Origin: a virus
Taxonomy: Duplodnaviria > Caudoviricetes
Strand: one strand, 5' to 3'
IMG/VR virus record: IMGVR_UViG_3300037962_000190
Location: 1 to 34,753 of that record
DNA: 34,753 nt
Shown: piece by piece, positions 1-9,569 of the stretch
Numbering within the stretch: position 1 is the first letter of the stretch
Layout of the letters: each line of letters opens with the position of its first letter
The notes under the pieces: model-generated
The model's database searches: none
What the model was told of the DNA's origin: nothing
What the model saw: the letters and a program-made list of their open reading frames with translations, nothing else
Position numbers and translations under genes: made by a program

Positions 1-2
1 AC

Positions 3-122
3 ATAGCCCGTGTCGCTGATGATCTCAATATAGATTTGACTGAAGCTGTAGAACTTAATTTAGAAAAGCTAAACTCTCGTATGGAGCGAGGTAAGATTGG
101 AGGTTCGGGTGATGACAGATAA
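3..122 (+). CDS. mazG: C-terminal fragment of MazG-like nucleotide pyrophosphohydrolase (5' truncated)
   Basis: Manual translation IARVADDLNIDLTEAVELNLEKLNSRMERGKIGGSGDDR*. The 'N..KL..R..RG.I.GSGD.R' ending is typical of phage MazG-like proteins. Not in the ORF track. Confidence 0.8.
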   Translation: MARVADDLNIDLTEAVELNLEKLNSRMERGKIGGSGDDR

Positions 123-276
123 GGATAAACCCGTTCGTTGGGATGCCGATATGTTCAAACTGTTTGAGTGGTATCACACCTGTCCGAAGCCTTGGAACCC
201 TCACTGGTTTGAAAGCGAGGTAGGCGGTGTCACCTTGCACATTACTAGGCCAACCCCTACCAAAGAGGAGGAGTAG
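112..276 (+). CDS. hypothetical protein (54 aa)
   Basis: Manual translation MTDKDKPVRWDADMFKLFEWYHTCPKPWNPHWFESEVGGVTLHITRPTPTKEEE*. GGAGG upstream; fills the gap between mazG and the 279 ORF. Confidence 0.65.
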   Translation: MTDKDKPVRWDADMFKLFEWYHTCPKPWNPHWFESEVGGVTLHITRPTPTKEEE

Positions 277-278
277 AT

Positions 279-572
279 ATGAAGCGCACACATAAAACAA
301 TTAAGGAAGAGCAGATCTATCGCATAATTAAATTCTTAAATAGATCTGCTGAGATGGTAAACTATATCCGCGATACGCACGATGTACGTTTGTCAGACGT
401 AAGGCGATTGGAAGATGGCATGGTTGAGTTAGCTGATATGTTTGGTCTTGAACCGTCACCTAGTCACGGATACTATATCCAAAAGTATGAAGAGATAGAT
501 ACAAAACCCCCCGTGTTAGATGATTCAGCTAAACTCGACTTAGCCAGAGGTAGGCAAATTAAAAATGCTTGA
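279..572 (+). CDS. hypothetical protein (97 aa)
   Basis: Strong GAGGAGGAG RBS; overlaps the next start. Confidence 0.75.
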   Translation: MKRTHKTIKEEQIYRIIKFLNRSAEMVNYIRDTHDVRLSDVRRLEDGMVELADMFGLEPSPSHGYYIQKYEEIDTKPPVLDDSAKLDLARGRQIKNA

Positions 573-999
573 TGCTACAATCATAGCATTCGGTGCATCC
601 ATAACTTGTCTTGCTCAAGCCGTGTACTTTGAGGCTAGGGATCAACCTACGATAGGCCAGATGGCTGTTGCACAAGTAGTTTTAAATCGTGTTCACGATA
701 GCCGTTGGCCTGACACTGTGTGTGAGGTAGTGAAAGAGGGGCCTACATATTCCTGGAAACAGGATTATCCTATCAAACACAGATGTCAATTTAGTTTTTT
801 CTGTGACGGCTTATCAGATGTGCCAAAAGATAAACGGGCATGGGATAAAGCACTTCGCGTAGCTGAAGAGGTTCACTACACATATGGTTTATCTCTGCCT
901 CTACTTGAGGGTGCGGTGTTCTATCATGCTACAAGTGTAGACCCACAATGGAATAGGCAGTATCTTCTTCAGATAGAAGATCACATATTTTACAAATGA
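565..999 (+). CDS. cell wall hydrolase, SleB/Hydrolase_2 family
   Basis: CLAQAVYFEARDQ...GQMAVAQVVLNRV...WPDTVCEVV...CQFSF.CDG...FYHA...IEDHIFY. Confidence 0.92.
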   Translation: MLDATIIAFGASITCLAQAVYFEARDQPTIGQMAVAQVVLNRVHDSRWPDTVCEVVKEGPTYSWKQDYPIKHRCQFSFFCDGLSDVPKDKRAWDKALRVAEEVHYTYGLSLPLLEGAVFYHATSVDPQWNRQYLLQIEDHIFYK

Positions 1000-1799
1000 G
1001 TATTGATATAGATGACATACGCTCTGGCGAAAGCAAAAGAGGTAACTGCCCCAAATGCCACCGCCATAACACCTTTACTCTAAGTAGGGAAGGTAATACA
1101 ATTAAATGGAACTGCTACTCTGCTTCGTGTAACTATCGCGGAGTAAAGCATAATTCAAGTATGTCATTAGAGGATATTAGATTTAATCATCAACAACAAC
1201 GAAACAAAACGAAGGGAATACAAAATGGTAGAGTCAACAGTCTCAATCGTCTGGCTTATTCTAATATTTGTAGCGATTTTCTAGGTGCTTATTGTATAAA
1301 CAATATTGGCATACCTGTACTCTACGATCCACTAGAAAGACGGGTAGCATTTATGATTCAGAAAGATGGCGAAAATGTGGACGCTATCGGTAGGGCATTG
1401 GACGTTTGGCGAAAGCCCAAATGGAAAAGGTACAGTGATATAGACAGTGCAATCATTGTACCCTTCGATGCCCCACCAAAACCTAATCTAATTATAGTAG
1501 AGGATATCGTGTCAGCATGGAAAGCAGTAACTTATTTAAAAGATACGGACGCTATGCCCTTACTAGGAACATCACTATCTACTAATAACTTAAATAAAAT
1601 ATGGGATACATACACCAGTGTAACCATCGCGCTTGATAAAGATGCAACGGACAAAGCCCTCAGTATGTCGAGGCGAGTATTCGTTGGCGTTGACAAATGT
1701 AAGGTGGTTGCGTTAGAACTTGATATAAAAGATATGACAGTAGAGGAAATACAAAATGTTGGAATTAGTCAAGGCACTATGCGACAAGGAGATCTATGA
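996..1799 (+). CDS. DNA primase (N-terminal Zn finger + TOPRIM)
   Basis: CPKC...CYSASC zinc-binding domain; IIVEDIVSA, LLGT, IALDKDA and DIKD TOPRIM motifs; directly upstream of the helicase. Confidence 0.88.
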   Translation: MSIDIDDIRSGESKRGNCPKCHRHNTFTLSREGNTIKWNCYSASCNYRGVKHNSSMSLEDIRFNHQQQRNKTKGIQNGRVNSLNRLAYSNICSDFLGAYCINNIGIPVLYDPLERRVAFMIQKDGENVDAIGRALDVWRKPKWKRYSDIDSAIIVPFDAPPKPNLIIVEDIVSAWKAVTYLKDTDAMPLLGTSLSTNNLNKIWDTYTSVTIALDKDATDKALSMSRRVFVGVDKCKVVALELDIKDMTVEEIQNVGISQGTMRQGDL

Positions 1800-2982
1800 G
1801 CAGATTGGAAGAAACCTACCCATCACTGCTTTTGAAAGAGAACCTAAACGAATTGTAGAAACAATCATATCCGCACAGGATACATATGATAATTCAATTA
1901 ATTTATCGGAACTAGAAAACTTATTCTTCAGTAACAACAACTCACTAACAAAAGCACAAGAAGATAGCTACAGGCTTTTGTTTGCTAAGATGAGATATGC
2001 AGAGGACATTTCCTTGGACGTAGCCAAGGATGTTATGCATAATCTTTGGCGCATAGAAATAGGTAGGCGTGTAGCTGAAATAGGATATGCCCTTACAGAA
2101 GGTGAGGAGACTAGTCTAGATAGTTTATCTAAATTAATAGATGACTACGCATCTGGGTTTGTAACAGATGCATCACCGTTTGAGGGTATTGACTTAGACC
2201 CACAAAAATTAATCGACTCCATGAACGTGCAAACGCGATGGTCGTTTAACATATCATCCCTTGCAGAGAGGGTGTCGGGTGTATCGGCAGGACACTTCGT
2301 GGTTATTGGCTCCAGACCAGAAACGGGTAAGACCTCAAGCCATGCATCTTTTGCTATGGGGCCGTACGGTTGGATAGAACAGGGTGCAAAGGTACACGTA
2401 CTATGTAATGAAGAACCTGCTAATAGGGTTGCCTTACGTTATCTAAGTGCAGCTACAAATAAATCAGAGGAAGAGTTACTTGGCGGTGGTGGTAGTGCCA
2501 TCAATGGCGAATGGAAAAAAGATAATCTATTTATAGATAGAATAGAGGAAGCGTATGGCATAGATGGTATCGAGGCCCATCTCAAAGAGAACAGGCCAGA
2601 CATACTTGTGATTGATATGTTAGACAAAGTAACGCTACCCGACAGTAAACATATAACTGCCCAGCATGAAAAGCTACGTGAGATATATCGTAGGACTAGG
2701 GATCTAGCCACAAGGTATGAGTGTGCGATCTTTGGTTACTCTCAACTATCGGCAGATGCAGAGGGCAGGGTAAATCTTAATTTATCTATGATGGAGAACA
2801 GTAGGACGGGTAAGGCAGCTGAAGCTGATCTTATGATTCTGATTGGTAAGTATGCTATGATTGAAGGATCAGATGAGAGTGATCCCCGTCGAGTGTTTAA
2901 CATAGCTAAGAATAAAATTAGCGGTTGGCATGGACAAATAAATGTAATGTTAGATGGAAGAGTTGCGAGGTATGATGACTAA
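1756..2982 (+). CDS. replicative DNA helicase (DnaB/SF4-like)
   Basis: Walker A GSRPETGKT, CNEE, Walker B LVIDMLD, SQLS, AEADLMI, NIAKNK. Confidence 0.92.
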   Translation: MLELVKALCDKEIYEQIGRNLPITAFEREPKRIVETIISAQDTYDNSINLSELENLFFSNNNSLTKAQEDSYRLLFAKMRYAEDISLDVAKDVMHNLWRIEIGRRVAEIGYALTEGEETSLDSLSKLIDDYASGFVTDASPFEGIDLDPQKLIDSMNVQTRWSFNISSLAERVSGVSAGHFVVIGSRPETGKTSSHASFAMGPYGWIEQGAKVHVLCNEEPANRVALRYLSAATNKSEEELLGGGGSAINGEWKKDNLFIDRIEEAYGIDGIEAHLKENRPDILVIDMLDKVTLPDSKHITAQHEKLREIYRRTRDLATRYECAIFGYSQLSADAEGRVNLNLSMMENSRTGKAAEADLMILIGKYAMIEGSDESDPRRVFNIAKNKISGWHGQINVMLDGRVARYDD

Positions 2983-5041
2983 AAGATTAGTAGTAGATAT
3001 AGAAAACAGTGTAACAAAAAAAGAAAACATAATAGACAACAAGCCCCACAACAAAAACAATGATCTAGTTTCCATAGGTATACTGGATGTAGACACGGGC
3101 GAAGAAGATTACGTGGCTGTTTATCATAAAGATGTTTCACATGGAACAGATAGGATAAACGAAGTTAAGTATAAAATACAGATGGCTGACTTGTTGATAG
3201 GCCACAACATAAAGTATGACTTGCAATGGCTGTGGTCAGTCGGTATCAAATATGATCGTGACATATACGACACTATGATAGGTGAATACGTATTGGCTAG
3301 AGGAGAGAGGATGAGTATGTCTCTTAGTGCCTGTTGTGAGAGGCGAAACTTAGCTAATAAAAAATCTGATATAACCAAGGGCTATTGGGATAAGGGTATA
3401 GGGTACGAAGCTATGCCTTGGGATGTTGTCGAGGAGTATGGTCGGGCAGACATTCGCGCCACAAGGGATTTGTATTTAGCACAGATGAAGGATCTGGAGA
3501 ATACTACGCTGATGCCTACAGTTAATCTAAGTAACAGTATGTGTATGTGTTTATCTGAGATGGAGTATGGTGGGTTAGCCATAGATGAAGAGAAGCTAGA
3601 TCACGTTGAGTTTAACTATCGCATGGAGAAAAAGGAACTGATACGTAGGCTACAGGAACTAGTGCATAGTTACATGGGTGATACCCCTATCAATTTAAGT
3701 AGCCCAGAACAGGTATCGTCTATGATATTCTCCTACACACCCAAGGATAAAAAAGCTCACGCTGTTTTGTATCAGTTAGATAGTCCGTTTAGACCCAGGA
3801 TAAGTGTAGATAGATTTAGAAAGATGGTACGCATGGGATGCAGAAAGGTGATGAAGACAACGGCCTCTGTGTGTAAAACGTGCAAGGGAACAGGTAAGGT
3901 ACGTAAGATAAAAAAAGATGGTACGCCTTTCTCAAGAGCGCACACCTGCCATGAGTGCGGTGGTGCAGGTATGAAGTACGTAGAGACAGGTGAGGTTGCT
4001 GGTCTTAAAATATTCCCACCAGATAGCACATGGGTAACTGCCAACGGATTCAGTACAGACAAAAATAAATTAAGAGTTTTAGCGAAGCAACTTAGATCGT
4101 TGAATCCCGATAAGCATTCAGATGCCATCGAGTTCTTGGAAAAGGTAGAGCGTCTAGGTGCAGTCGAAACATATCTATCTGCGTTTGTAGAGGGTATCAA
4201 AAAAAGATTAATAGGGAATATGCTTTACGCTGACTTCAATCAGTGTCGCACCGCTACGGGTAGACTATCCTCTTCCTCCCCTAATATGCAGAATATGCCA
4301 CGGGGCAATACATTCCCTGTTAAGGAGGCATTCGTATCTAGGTATGGAGATAGTGGCACACTACTTGAGTTTGACTTTGCACAACTGGAGTTCAGGGTAG
4401 CTGCATTCCTATCTGCTGATGAGACAGCCAGACAAGAAATAGAAACAGGCTTTGATGTACACTCGTACACGGCAGACTATCTAACAAACAACGGTCAGCC
4501 TACATCTAGGCAAGAGGCCAAGGGTAGGACTTTTGCCCCACTGTATGGGGCGATGAGTGGCACACCTGCTGAAAAGGCTTACAACCTACACTTCATTGAC
4601 AAATACTCTGGCATAAAAAAATGGCATCAGAGTTTACAGACTGAGGCCATAAAAAACAAATGCATTACTTTGCCAACGGGTAGGCAGTTTGCATTCCCTC
4701 ATGCCAAGAGAACAAAGACAGGGGGTGCAACGGGAGCTACAAAGATAAAGAACTATCCCGTACAGGCATTAGCTACGGCAGACATTGTACCACTGTGTCT
4801 TGTCGCATTGAGAGAGGAGTTGCAAAAAAATAAATTAAGAACTACAATAGTGAATACGGTGCATGACAGTGTATTGCTCGACTGCCCCAATGAAGAAGTC
4901 GATAGGGTTGAACAACTTGTAGAAGATGTATTATCTCCTAGTTCAACTAAAGATCGTATCTATTTATACTATAACATAAACATGGATGTACCGCTTCCTA
5001 TTGACACAAAAACAGGAAGTAACTGGCTTAATATGTCTTGA
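2972..5041 (+). CDS. polA: family A DNA polymerase with 3'-5' exonuclease and inserted DnaJ-type zinc finger
   Basis: Exo motifs VVDIE, GHNIKYD, Y...D; TATGRLSS; motif A DFAQLEFR; motif B RQEAKGRTFAPLYG; motif C VHDS. CKTCKGTG/CHECGGAG at 3872-3970. Start probably 2972 or 2975 rather than 2954. Confidence 0.95.
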   Translation: MMTKRLVVDIENSVTKKENIIDNKPHNKNNDLVSIGILDVDTGEEDYVAVYHKDVSHGTDRINEVKYKIQMADLLIGHNIKYDLQWLWSVGIKYDRDIYDTMIGEYVLARGERMSMSLSACCERRNLANKKSDITKGYWDKGIGYEAMPWDVVEEYGRADIRATRDLYLAQMKDLENTTLMPTVNLSNSMCMCLSEMEYGGLAIDEEKLDHVEFNYRMEKKELIRRLQELVHSYMGDTPINLSSPEQVSSMIFSYTPKDKKAHAVLYQLDSPFRPRISVDRFRKMVRMGCRKVMKTTASVCKTCKGTGKVRKIKKDGTPFSRAHTCHECGGAGMKYVETGEVAGLKIFPPDSTWVTANGFSTDKNKLRVLAKQLRSLNPDKHSDAIEFLEKVERLGAVETYLSAFVEGIKKRLIGNMLYADFNQCRTATGRLSSSSPNMQNMPRGNTFPVKEAFVSRYGDSGTLLEFDFAQLEFRVAAFLSADETARQEIETGFDVHSYTADYLTNNGQPTSRQEAKGRTFAPLYGAMSGTPAEKAYNLHFIDKYSGIKKWHQSLQTEAIKNKCITLPTGRQFAFPHAKRTKTGGATGATKIKNYPVQALATADIVPLCLVALREELQKNKLRTTIVNTVHDSVLLDCPNEEVDRVEQLVEDVLSPSSTKDRIYLYYNINMDVPLPIDTKTGSNWLNMS

Positions 5042-5066
5042 CAAACATGGCTATTTTATGTATAAC
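5038..5066 (+). promoter_or_regulatory. sigma70-type promoter upstream of SSB-like gene
   Basis: TTGACA (5038-5043), 17 bp spacer, TATAAC (5061-5066), running into the intergenic gap. Confidence 0.75.
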
Positions 5067-5102
5067 TGAAGGTCTTGTCTTTACACAAAGAAAGGAAAAA
5101 GA

Positions 5103-5975
5103 ATGGCTGAAACACAAGAACTAGTAAAGATGGAGGAGTCTGCTGTATTGGCAGAGTTAGCCAAGAGTTTTGGCGAAACAGGTGGTGAATCTAGCTCATC
5201 TAGTTCCCTAGCTAGATTAAGAATAGAGAGGGAAAACCTAGAGGATAGCAACGGTGATATCATCTGTCCATCTGGACACTTCTCAGTAAGTACCGAAGAA
5301 GGTAAAGTATATGCGAAAGAAGTATCCTTCCGTTACTATGAACATCGTTATAGATACAAGCGTTACGATGCATTTGCAGAGCGAGTTACTAAGGACGGTG
5401 AAAAGGTACAGGGATCATACATACATTCTGTACTAGTTAAAGGGCCACGCGATGAAGCCCCATCAGATGATGGTGACTTTCAGTGTGGTAGACCCCTTGA
5501 GTACATCAAAGATTGGAAGTCTCTTAGCAAAGATAGACAGGAGTTCTTGCGATCTTGTAGACTAATGATCATCTTTTATGGTGAAGCAACTATGAAAGGT
5601 GTCAACGAAGAGGGTCAAAAGACAGAGGTTACTTTACCCGTAGAGATAGAGCTATCGGGCAAGACCTCTGGTAAAACTTTATCTAAGTTTTTCTTGGATA
5701 TGGTTTCAAAGAAACGTGTTCTTCCTAACTCTAGAATTGTTAATATGAAGAGCAAGAGAGTGTCTGGCGGTGTCACGTACTACGATATAGATATATCTGT
5801 TACGGATGATACATCTTATCCTATGGACGATGCTACGGTATCACTCTTCAGTAAGTTCCACGATCACATAGCTCAGATTAATAAGTGGGTTATGGAGAAG
5901 CATACGTCAGCTAGTGGTTCGGCAATGTCTGAAGGAGATGACGATTTTATAGATCTCAATGAGGATGCTGCTTAA
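5103..5975 (+). CDS. putative single-stranded DNA-binding protein
   Basis: Lies between DNA polymerase and exonuclease; acidic C-terminal tail (EGDDDFIDLNEDAA); beta-rich core. Function inferred from position. Confidence 0.55.
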   Translation: MAETQELVKMEESAVLAELAKSFGETGGESSSSSSLARLRIERENLEDSNGDIICPSGHFSVSTEEGKVYAKEVSFRYYEHRYRYKRYDAFAERVTKDGEKVQGSYIHSVLVKGPRDEAPSDDGDFQCGRPLEYIKDWKSLSKDRQEFLRSCRLMIIFYGEATMKGVNEEGQKTEVTLPVEIELSGKTSGKTLSKFFLDMVSKKRVLPNSRIVNMKSKRVSGGVTYYDIDISVTDDTSYPMDDATVSLFSKFHDHIAQINKWVMEKHTSASGSAMSEGDDDFIDLNEDAA

Positions 5976-6850
5976 TGGATTTGAAGTTAGCAAAGGTTCT
6001 TAGTTGGCTTCAGAAAAATATGGATGGGGAGGTGTCCATGACGGAGGACACCATCTCCACCGTATGCAATGATGTAGCTGATGCACTGCGTAAGCAGTTT
6101 GCTTCTTCAACAAATAGGAGAGAGTTTAAAGCAAGACCATCTAATCTTGGTAGGCCCTTATGCCAGTTACAGATGGAGAAGAAAGGTGAGAAGGGTGTAG
6201 CACCTTCTTATAATTTTATCCTACGAATGATGGTAGGCGATGTAGTAGAGGCTATATTAAAGGGCGTCATAAAAGAAGCTAATCTAGAAGGATACAAGTC
6301 TTCTCAAAACCTTACCACTAAGATAGGTAAGCATACAGTAACGGGAGAGGCTGACTTATCTTTTGATGATGGCAGAGTGGATGACATAAAATCTACTTCA
6401 GACTTTGCTTTTAGAAATAAGTTTATTAGTTGGAATGCATTGAAAGAGAAAGATTCTTTTGGGTACGTAACACAGCTGCACGTATATGCTTCCGCTACGG
6501 GTAAACCTGCTGGTGGTATATGGGCAATGAACATAGCTACTGGCGAACTCAACAGGATAGAAAGCACTGACACTACGGCAGAGGTGTCTAGCATTTTAAA
6601 AGAAGCAGAGAAGAAAATAGATGCATTAGTTTCAGATGCACCTTTTAAAAGATGCTTTGAAGATGAGCCAGAAACATTTAATAGAGTGCTTACGGGTAAC
6701 AGAAAACTAGGTATGGAATGTTCTTGGTGTAAATATAGATTTAGTTGTTGGCCTAACTTACAAGAGAGAGAGTCAGTATTCTCTAAGGCAAAGAGCAAAC
6801 CTATAGTAGCATACACACAGTTAAACTCTATGGGGGAGGAAGCAGCATGA
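5975..6850 (+). CDS. PD-(D/E)XK (Cas4-like) exonuclease
   Basis: RPSNLGRPLC, GDVVEA, GEADL...DDIKS, Y..QL..Y, C-terminal CSWCKYRFSC cysteine cluster. Confidence 0.85.
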   Translation: MDLKLAKVLSWLQKNMDGEVSMTEDTISTVCNDVADALRKQFASSTNRREFKARPSNLGRPLCQLQMEKKGEKGVAPSYNFILRMMVGDVVEAILKGVIKEANLEGYKSSQNLTTKIGKHTVTGEADLSFDDGRVDDIKSTSDFAFRNKFISWNALKEKDSFGYVTQLHVYASATGKPAGGIWAMNIATGELNRIESTDTTAEVSSILKEAEKKIDALVSDAPFKRCFEDEPETFNRVLTGNRKLGMECSWCKYRFSCWPNLQERESVFSKAKSKPIVAYTQLNSMGEEAA

Positions 6851-6880
6851 GTATGCAAAGTAAATTTGGTTTAACTACTT

Positions 6881-7375
6881 ATGGTTGCATACAACTATAA
6901 AATAGCACATGGTTTTAGATCAGGTTTAGAAGAAAGAGTATGCGAACAATTAGCTTTCTTAAACATACTAGATTGCTATGAAATTAAAAAGATACCTTTT
7001 GTTCAACCAGAAAAGAATAGGAATTATACACCAGACTTTTGGTTACCTAACGGAATAATAGTAGAAACAAAAGGTGTATTTACTGTACAGGATAGGCAGA
7101 AACATTTACTAATAAAAGAGCAATACCCTGATTTAGATTTAAGGTTTGTATTTTCTAACTCTAAAAATAAATTAAGAAAAGGAAGCAAAACCACCTACGC
7201 AGATTGGTGCAACAAGTATGATTTTATATTTGCCGATCAGCTTATACCTGAAGAATGGATTAACGAAAAGAAGAGAGGCAACAATGAAAATAAAGAACCG
7301 AATCAATCTGCTACCAAACGAATTGTGCGTACTAATAAAAGTAAGGTCAGAACTACCCGAAGAAAAACAAATTGA
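6881..7375 (+). CDS. endonuclease I / Holliday junction resolvase (T7 gp3-like)
   Basis: FRSGLEE, YTPDF.LPNGIIVETKG.F...DR.KHLLIK.Q.P.LD.RFVF, TTYA.WC.K..F. Confidence 0.93.
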   Translation: MVAYNYKIAHGFRSGLEERVCEQLAFLNILDCYEIKKIPFVQPEKNRNYTPDFWLPNGIIVETKGVFTVQDRQKHLLIKEQYPDLDLRFVFSNSKNKLRKGSKTTYADWCNKYDFIFADQLIPEEWINEKKRGNNENKEPNQSATKRIVRTNKSKVRTTRRKTN

Positions 7376-7613
7376 ATTTGACATACTACCAATACTTCAC
7401 GAAGATATGTCAGAGCTATCCGACTCTGCGTTAGACACTGTCACAGATATAATGAAAGCAATGTGCGCTGTCGCAGTTCTTGAGCCACCTGCTCTAGATG
7501 TTTTGCTTGAAATATATTATGATAAGTTTCAAGACATGGAAAGAATGAGAGTACAAGAAGAGACTGAAGGTGTAGTCATACCTTTTCCTTTCCCACCCGT
7601 AACTAAACACTAA
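7284..7613 (+). CDS. hypothetical protein (~109 aa)
   Basis: Start reassigned to the ATG at 7284 (MKIKNRI), after GAGAGG. Ends VIPFPFPPVTKH. Confidence 0.7.
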   Translation: MKIKNRINLLPNELCVLIKVRSELPEEKQIEFDILPILHEDMSELSDSALDTVTDIMKAMCAVAVLEPPALDVLLEIYYDKFQDMERMRVQEETEGVVIPFPFPPVTKH

Positions 7614-7624
7614 AAGGACATATT

Positions 7625-7861
7625 ATGAAGGATATGGTGAACAACCCACCGCACTATAATCAGAGTGGGATAGAATGCATTGATGCTATCGAAGCTGCAC
7701 TACTACCTAACTTTAAATATTATCTTCAAGGCAACATATTGAAATATCTTTGGAGGTTTGACTACAAGGGTAAACCAACTGAAGATTTAAAGAAGGCACA
7801 ATGGTATTTAAATAAGTTAATAGAAGTTGTAGAGGAAGAAGAGAACGAAAGGAGTTTATGA
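7625..7861 (+). CDS. DUF3310 family protein (T7 gp1.7-like nucleotide kinase relative)
   Basis: DMVNNPPHYNQSGIECIDAI...GNILKYLWR...KG...EDLKKAQWYL. Confidence 0.9.
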   Translation: MKDMVNNPPHYNQSGIECIDAIEAALLPNFKYYLQGNILKYLWRFDYKGKPTEDLKKAQWYLNKLIEVVEEEENERSL

Positions 7862-7862
7862 A

Positions 7863-9569
7863 GTGTCGTCATTTAAATCTAACAACAATCCTCAATTCAG
7901 AAATAAATTCTCAGAAGATATATTTAAATACAAGTATGCACACGATAGTTGTGAAACATGGTCTGACCTTGCATCGACACTCGTAAAAGATGTGTGCGGT
8001 TCTTTGAGAACGGGCGAACAGAACCTGATGACACTAGATGAGCAAGACGCTCTTACCAGATATATAGATGAATTGAAGTTTATTCCTGGAGGTAGATACC
8101 TTTACTACGCAGGAAGAAAGAAACGGTTCTACAATAACTGCTTCCTATTAAAGGCAGAGGAAGACACGCGAGAAGATTGGGCCAACCTAAGTTGGAAAGC
8201 TGAGTCCTGCCTGATGACAGGGGGCGGTATCGGTGTAGACTACTCTGTGTATCGAGAGGCAGGTAAAGTTCTTGGGGGGTCGGGTGGTTTATCTTCTGGC
8301 CCTATACCCAAGATGCAAATGATAAATAGTATAGGACAGAAGGTGATGCAAGGTGGATCTCGTAGGTCTGCTATATACGCATCTCTGAACTGGAAACACA
8401 AAGATGTATCTACGTTTCTTCATGCGAAGGATTGGGATACGATACCAGTGGGAGACACTGGTTTTACTTTGAAACAAATAAAAGAGCAGGACTTTAATTT
8501 TCCTGCACCATTGGATATGACAAACATATCTATTAACTATGATACAGAGTGGTTGCTAAACTATTGGAATGGCGAGGGATATGGGGATACTTTCAAGGAA
8601 AACATATCCCAAGCTATGCGTACAGGGGAGCCTGGGTTTAGCTTTAATTTTATGGAGAATGAAAATGAAACGCTACGTAATGCCTGTACTGAGGTGTGTA
8701 GTGCTGATGACAGCGATGTATGCAATCTTGGCTCTATCAATTTTGGTAGAATTGAGGACATATCTGAATTAGCTGATATAGTAAATCTTGCTACAAAGTT
8801 TCTAATATGTGGAACACTTAGGGCAGAGTTACCTTATCAGAAAGTATATGATGTTAGGGAAAAGAATAGGCGATTGGGTCTAGGCATCATGGGCCTACAC
8901 GAATGGTTGATTAAGAGAGGAGAGAAGTATGAAGTTACCGATAGTCTTCATCGTTGGTTGGCAGTATATAAAGGAGTCAGCGATGATATTTCTAAAAAAT
9001 TTGCAGATGAACTTTCAATCTCTAGACCAGTTGCCAATAGAGCGATTGCTCCCACTGGTAGCATTTCTATTCTTGCTGGCAGTTCTTCTGGCATAGAGCC
9101 TATATTCGCGGTAGCATATAAGCGCAGGTACTTAACTGGTGGACACAGATGGAAGTACCAATACGTAGTTGATTCATCTGCACAAGAATTAATAGACACC
9201 TACGGCGTAGATCCCGACAGCATTGAGTCTGCATTAGACTTAGCAGAGGACTACAAAAGACGTATGCGCTTTCAGGCAGACGTACAAGACTACGTTGATA
9301 TGTCTATTAGCTCAACAATCAATCTACCTGCTTGGGGTAGTAAACTTAACAACCCTGACCTCGTAGATGACTTTGCCGAAACACTGGCTAAGTATGCCCA
9401 TAGACTTAGGGGTTTTACAGTTTACCCTGATGGATCTAGGGGTGGTCAACCTCTTACCTCTGTGCCTTATTCTGAGGCAGTGGACAAACTTGGAGAAGAG
9501 TTTGACGAACACGTAGAGACTCACGATATATGTGAGATAAGCGGTACAGGGGGAGTATGCAGTGTTTAA
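7863..9569 (+). CDS. nrdJ: ribonucleotide reductase, class II (adenosylcobalamin-dependent)
   Basis: PGGR, NNCF, GGG.G, RRSA, GEPG, NACTE, CNLGSIN, RRLGLG.MG, IAPTGS, SISSTIN and a C-terminal Cys pair. No ATP cone and no adjacent nrdB. GTG start with AGGAG RBS. Confidence 0.85.
   Translation: MSSFKSNNNPQFRNKFSEDIFKYKYAHDSCETWSDLASTLVKDVCGSLRTGEQNLMTLDEQDALTRYIDELKFIPGGRYLYYAGRKKRFYNNCFLLKAEEDTREDWANLSWKAESCLMTGGGIGVDYSVYREAGKVLGGSGGLSSGPIPKMQMINSIGQKVMQGGSRRSAIYASLNWKHKDVSTFLHAKDWDTIPVGDTGFTLKQIKEQDFNFPAPLDMTNISINYDTEWLLNYWNGEGYGDTFKENISQAMRTGEPGFSFNFMENENETLRNACTEVCSADDSDVCNLGSINFGRIEDISELADIVNLATKFLICGTLRAELPYQKVYDVREKNRRLGLGIMGLHEWLIKRGEKYEVTDSLHRWLAVYKGVSDDISKKFADELSISRPVANRAIAPTGSISILAGSSSGIEPIFAVAYKRRYLTGGHRWKYQYVVDSSAQELIDTYGVDPDSIESALDLAEDYKRRMRFQADVQDYVDMSISSTINLPAWGSKLNNPDLVDDFAETLAKYAHRLRGFTVYPDGSRGGQPLTSVPYSEAVDKLGEEFDEHVETHDICEISGTGGVCSV

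Noticed and set aside
55-300. 81 aa minus-strand ORF
   Set aside because: It overlaps the better-supported + strand mazG end and 54 aa ORF.
3872-3970. Intein or intron in the DNA polymerase
   Set aside because: The insert is short and in frame, has no intein splice motifs, and is explained by the DnaJ-type zinc finger.
5975-6850. Cas4-like nuclease as evidence of a CRISPR system
   Set aside because: Stand-alone Cas4-like exonucleases are ordinary in phage replication modules, and there is no array.
7284-7375. 92-nt overlap between endonuclease I tail and the next gene
   Set aside because: The overlapping tail is low-complexity and beyond the conserved nuclease core. It is most simply a drifted stop codon.
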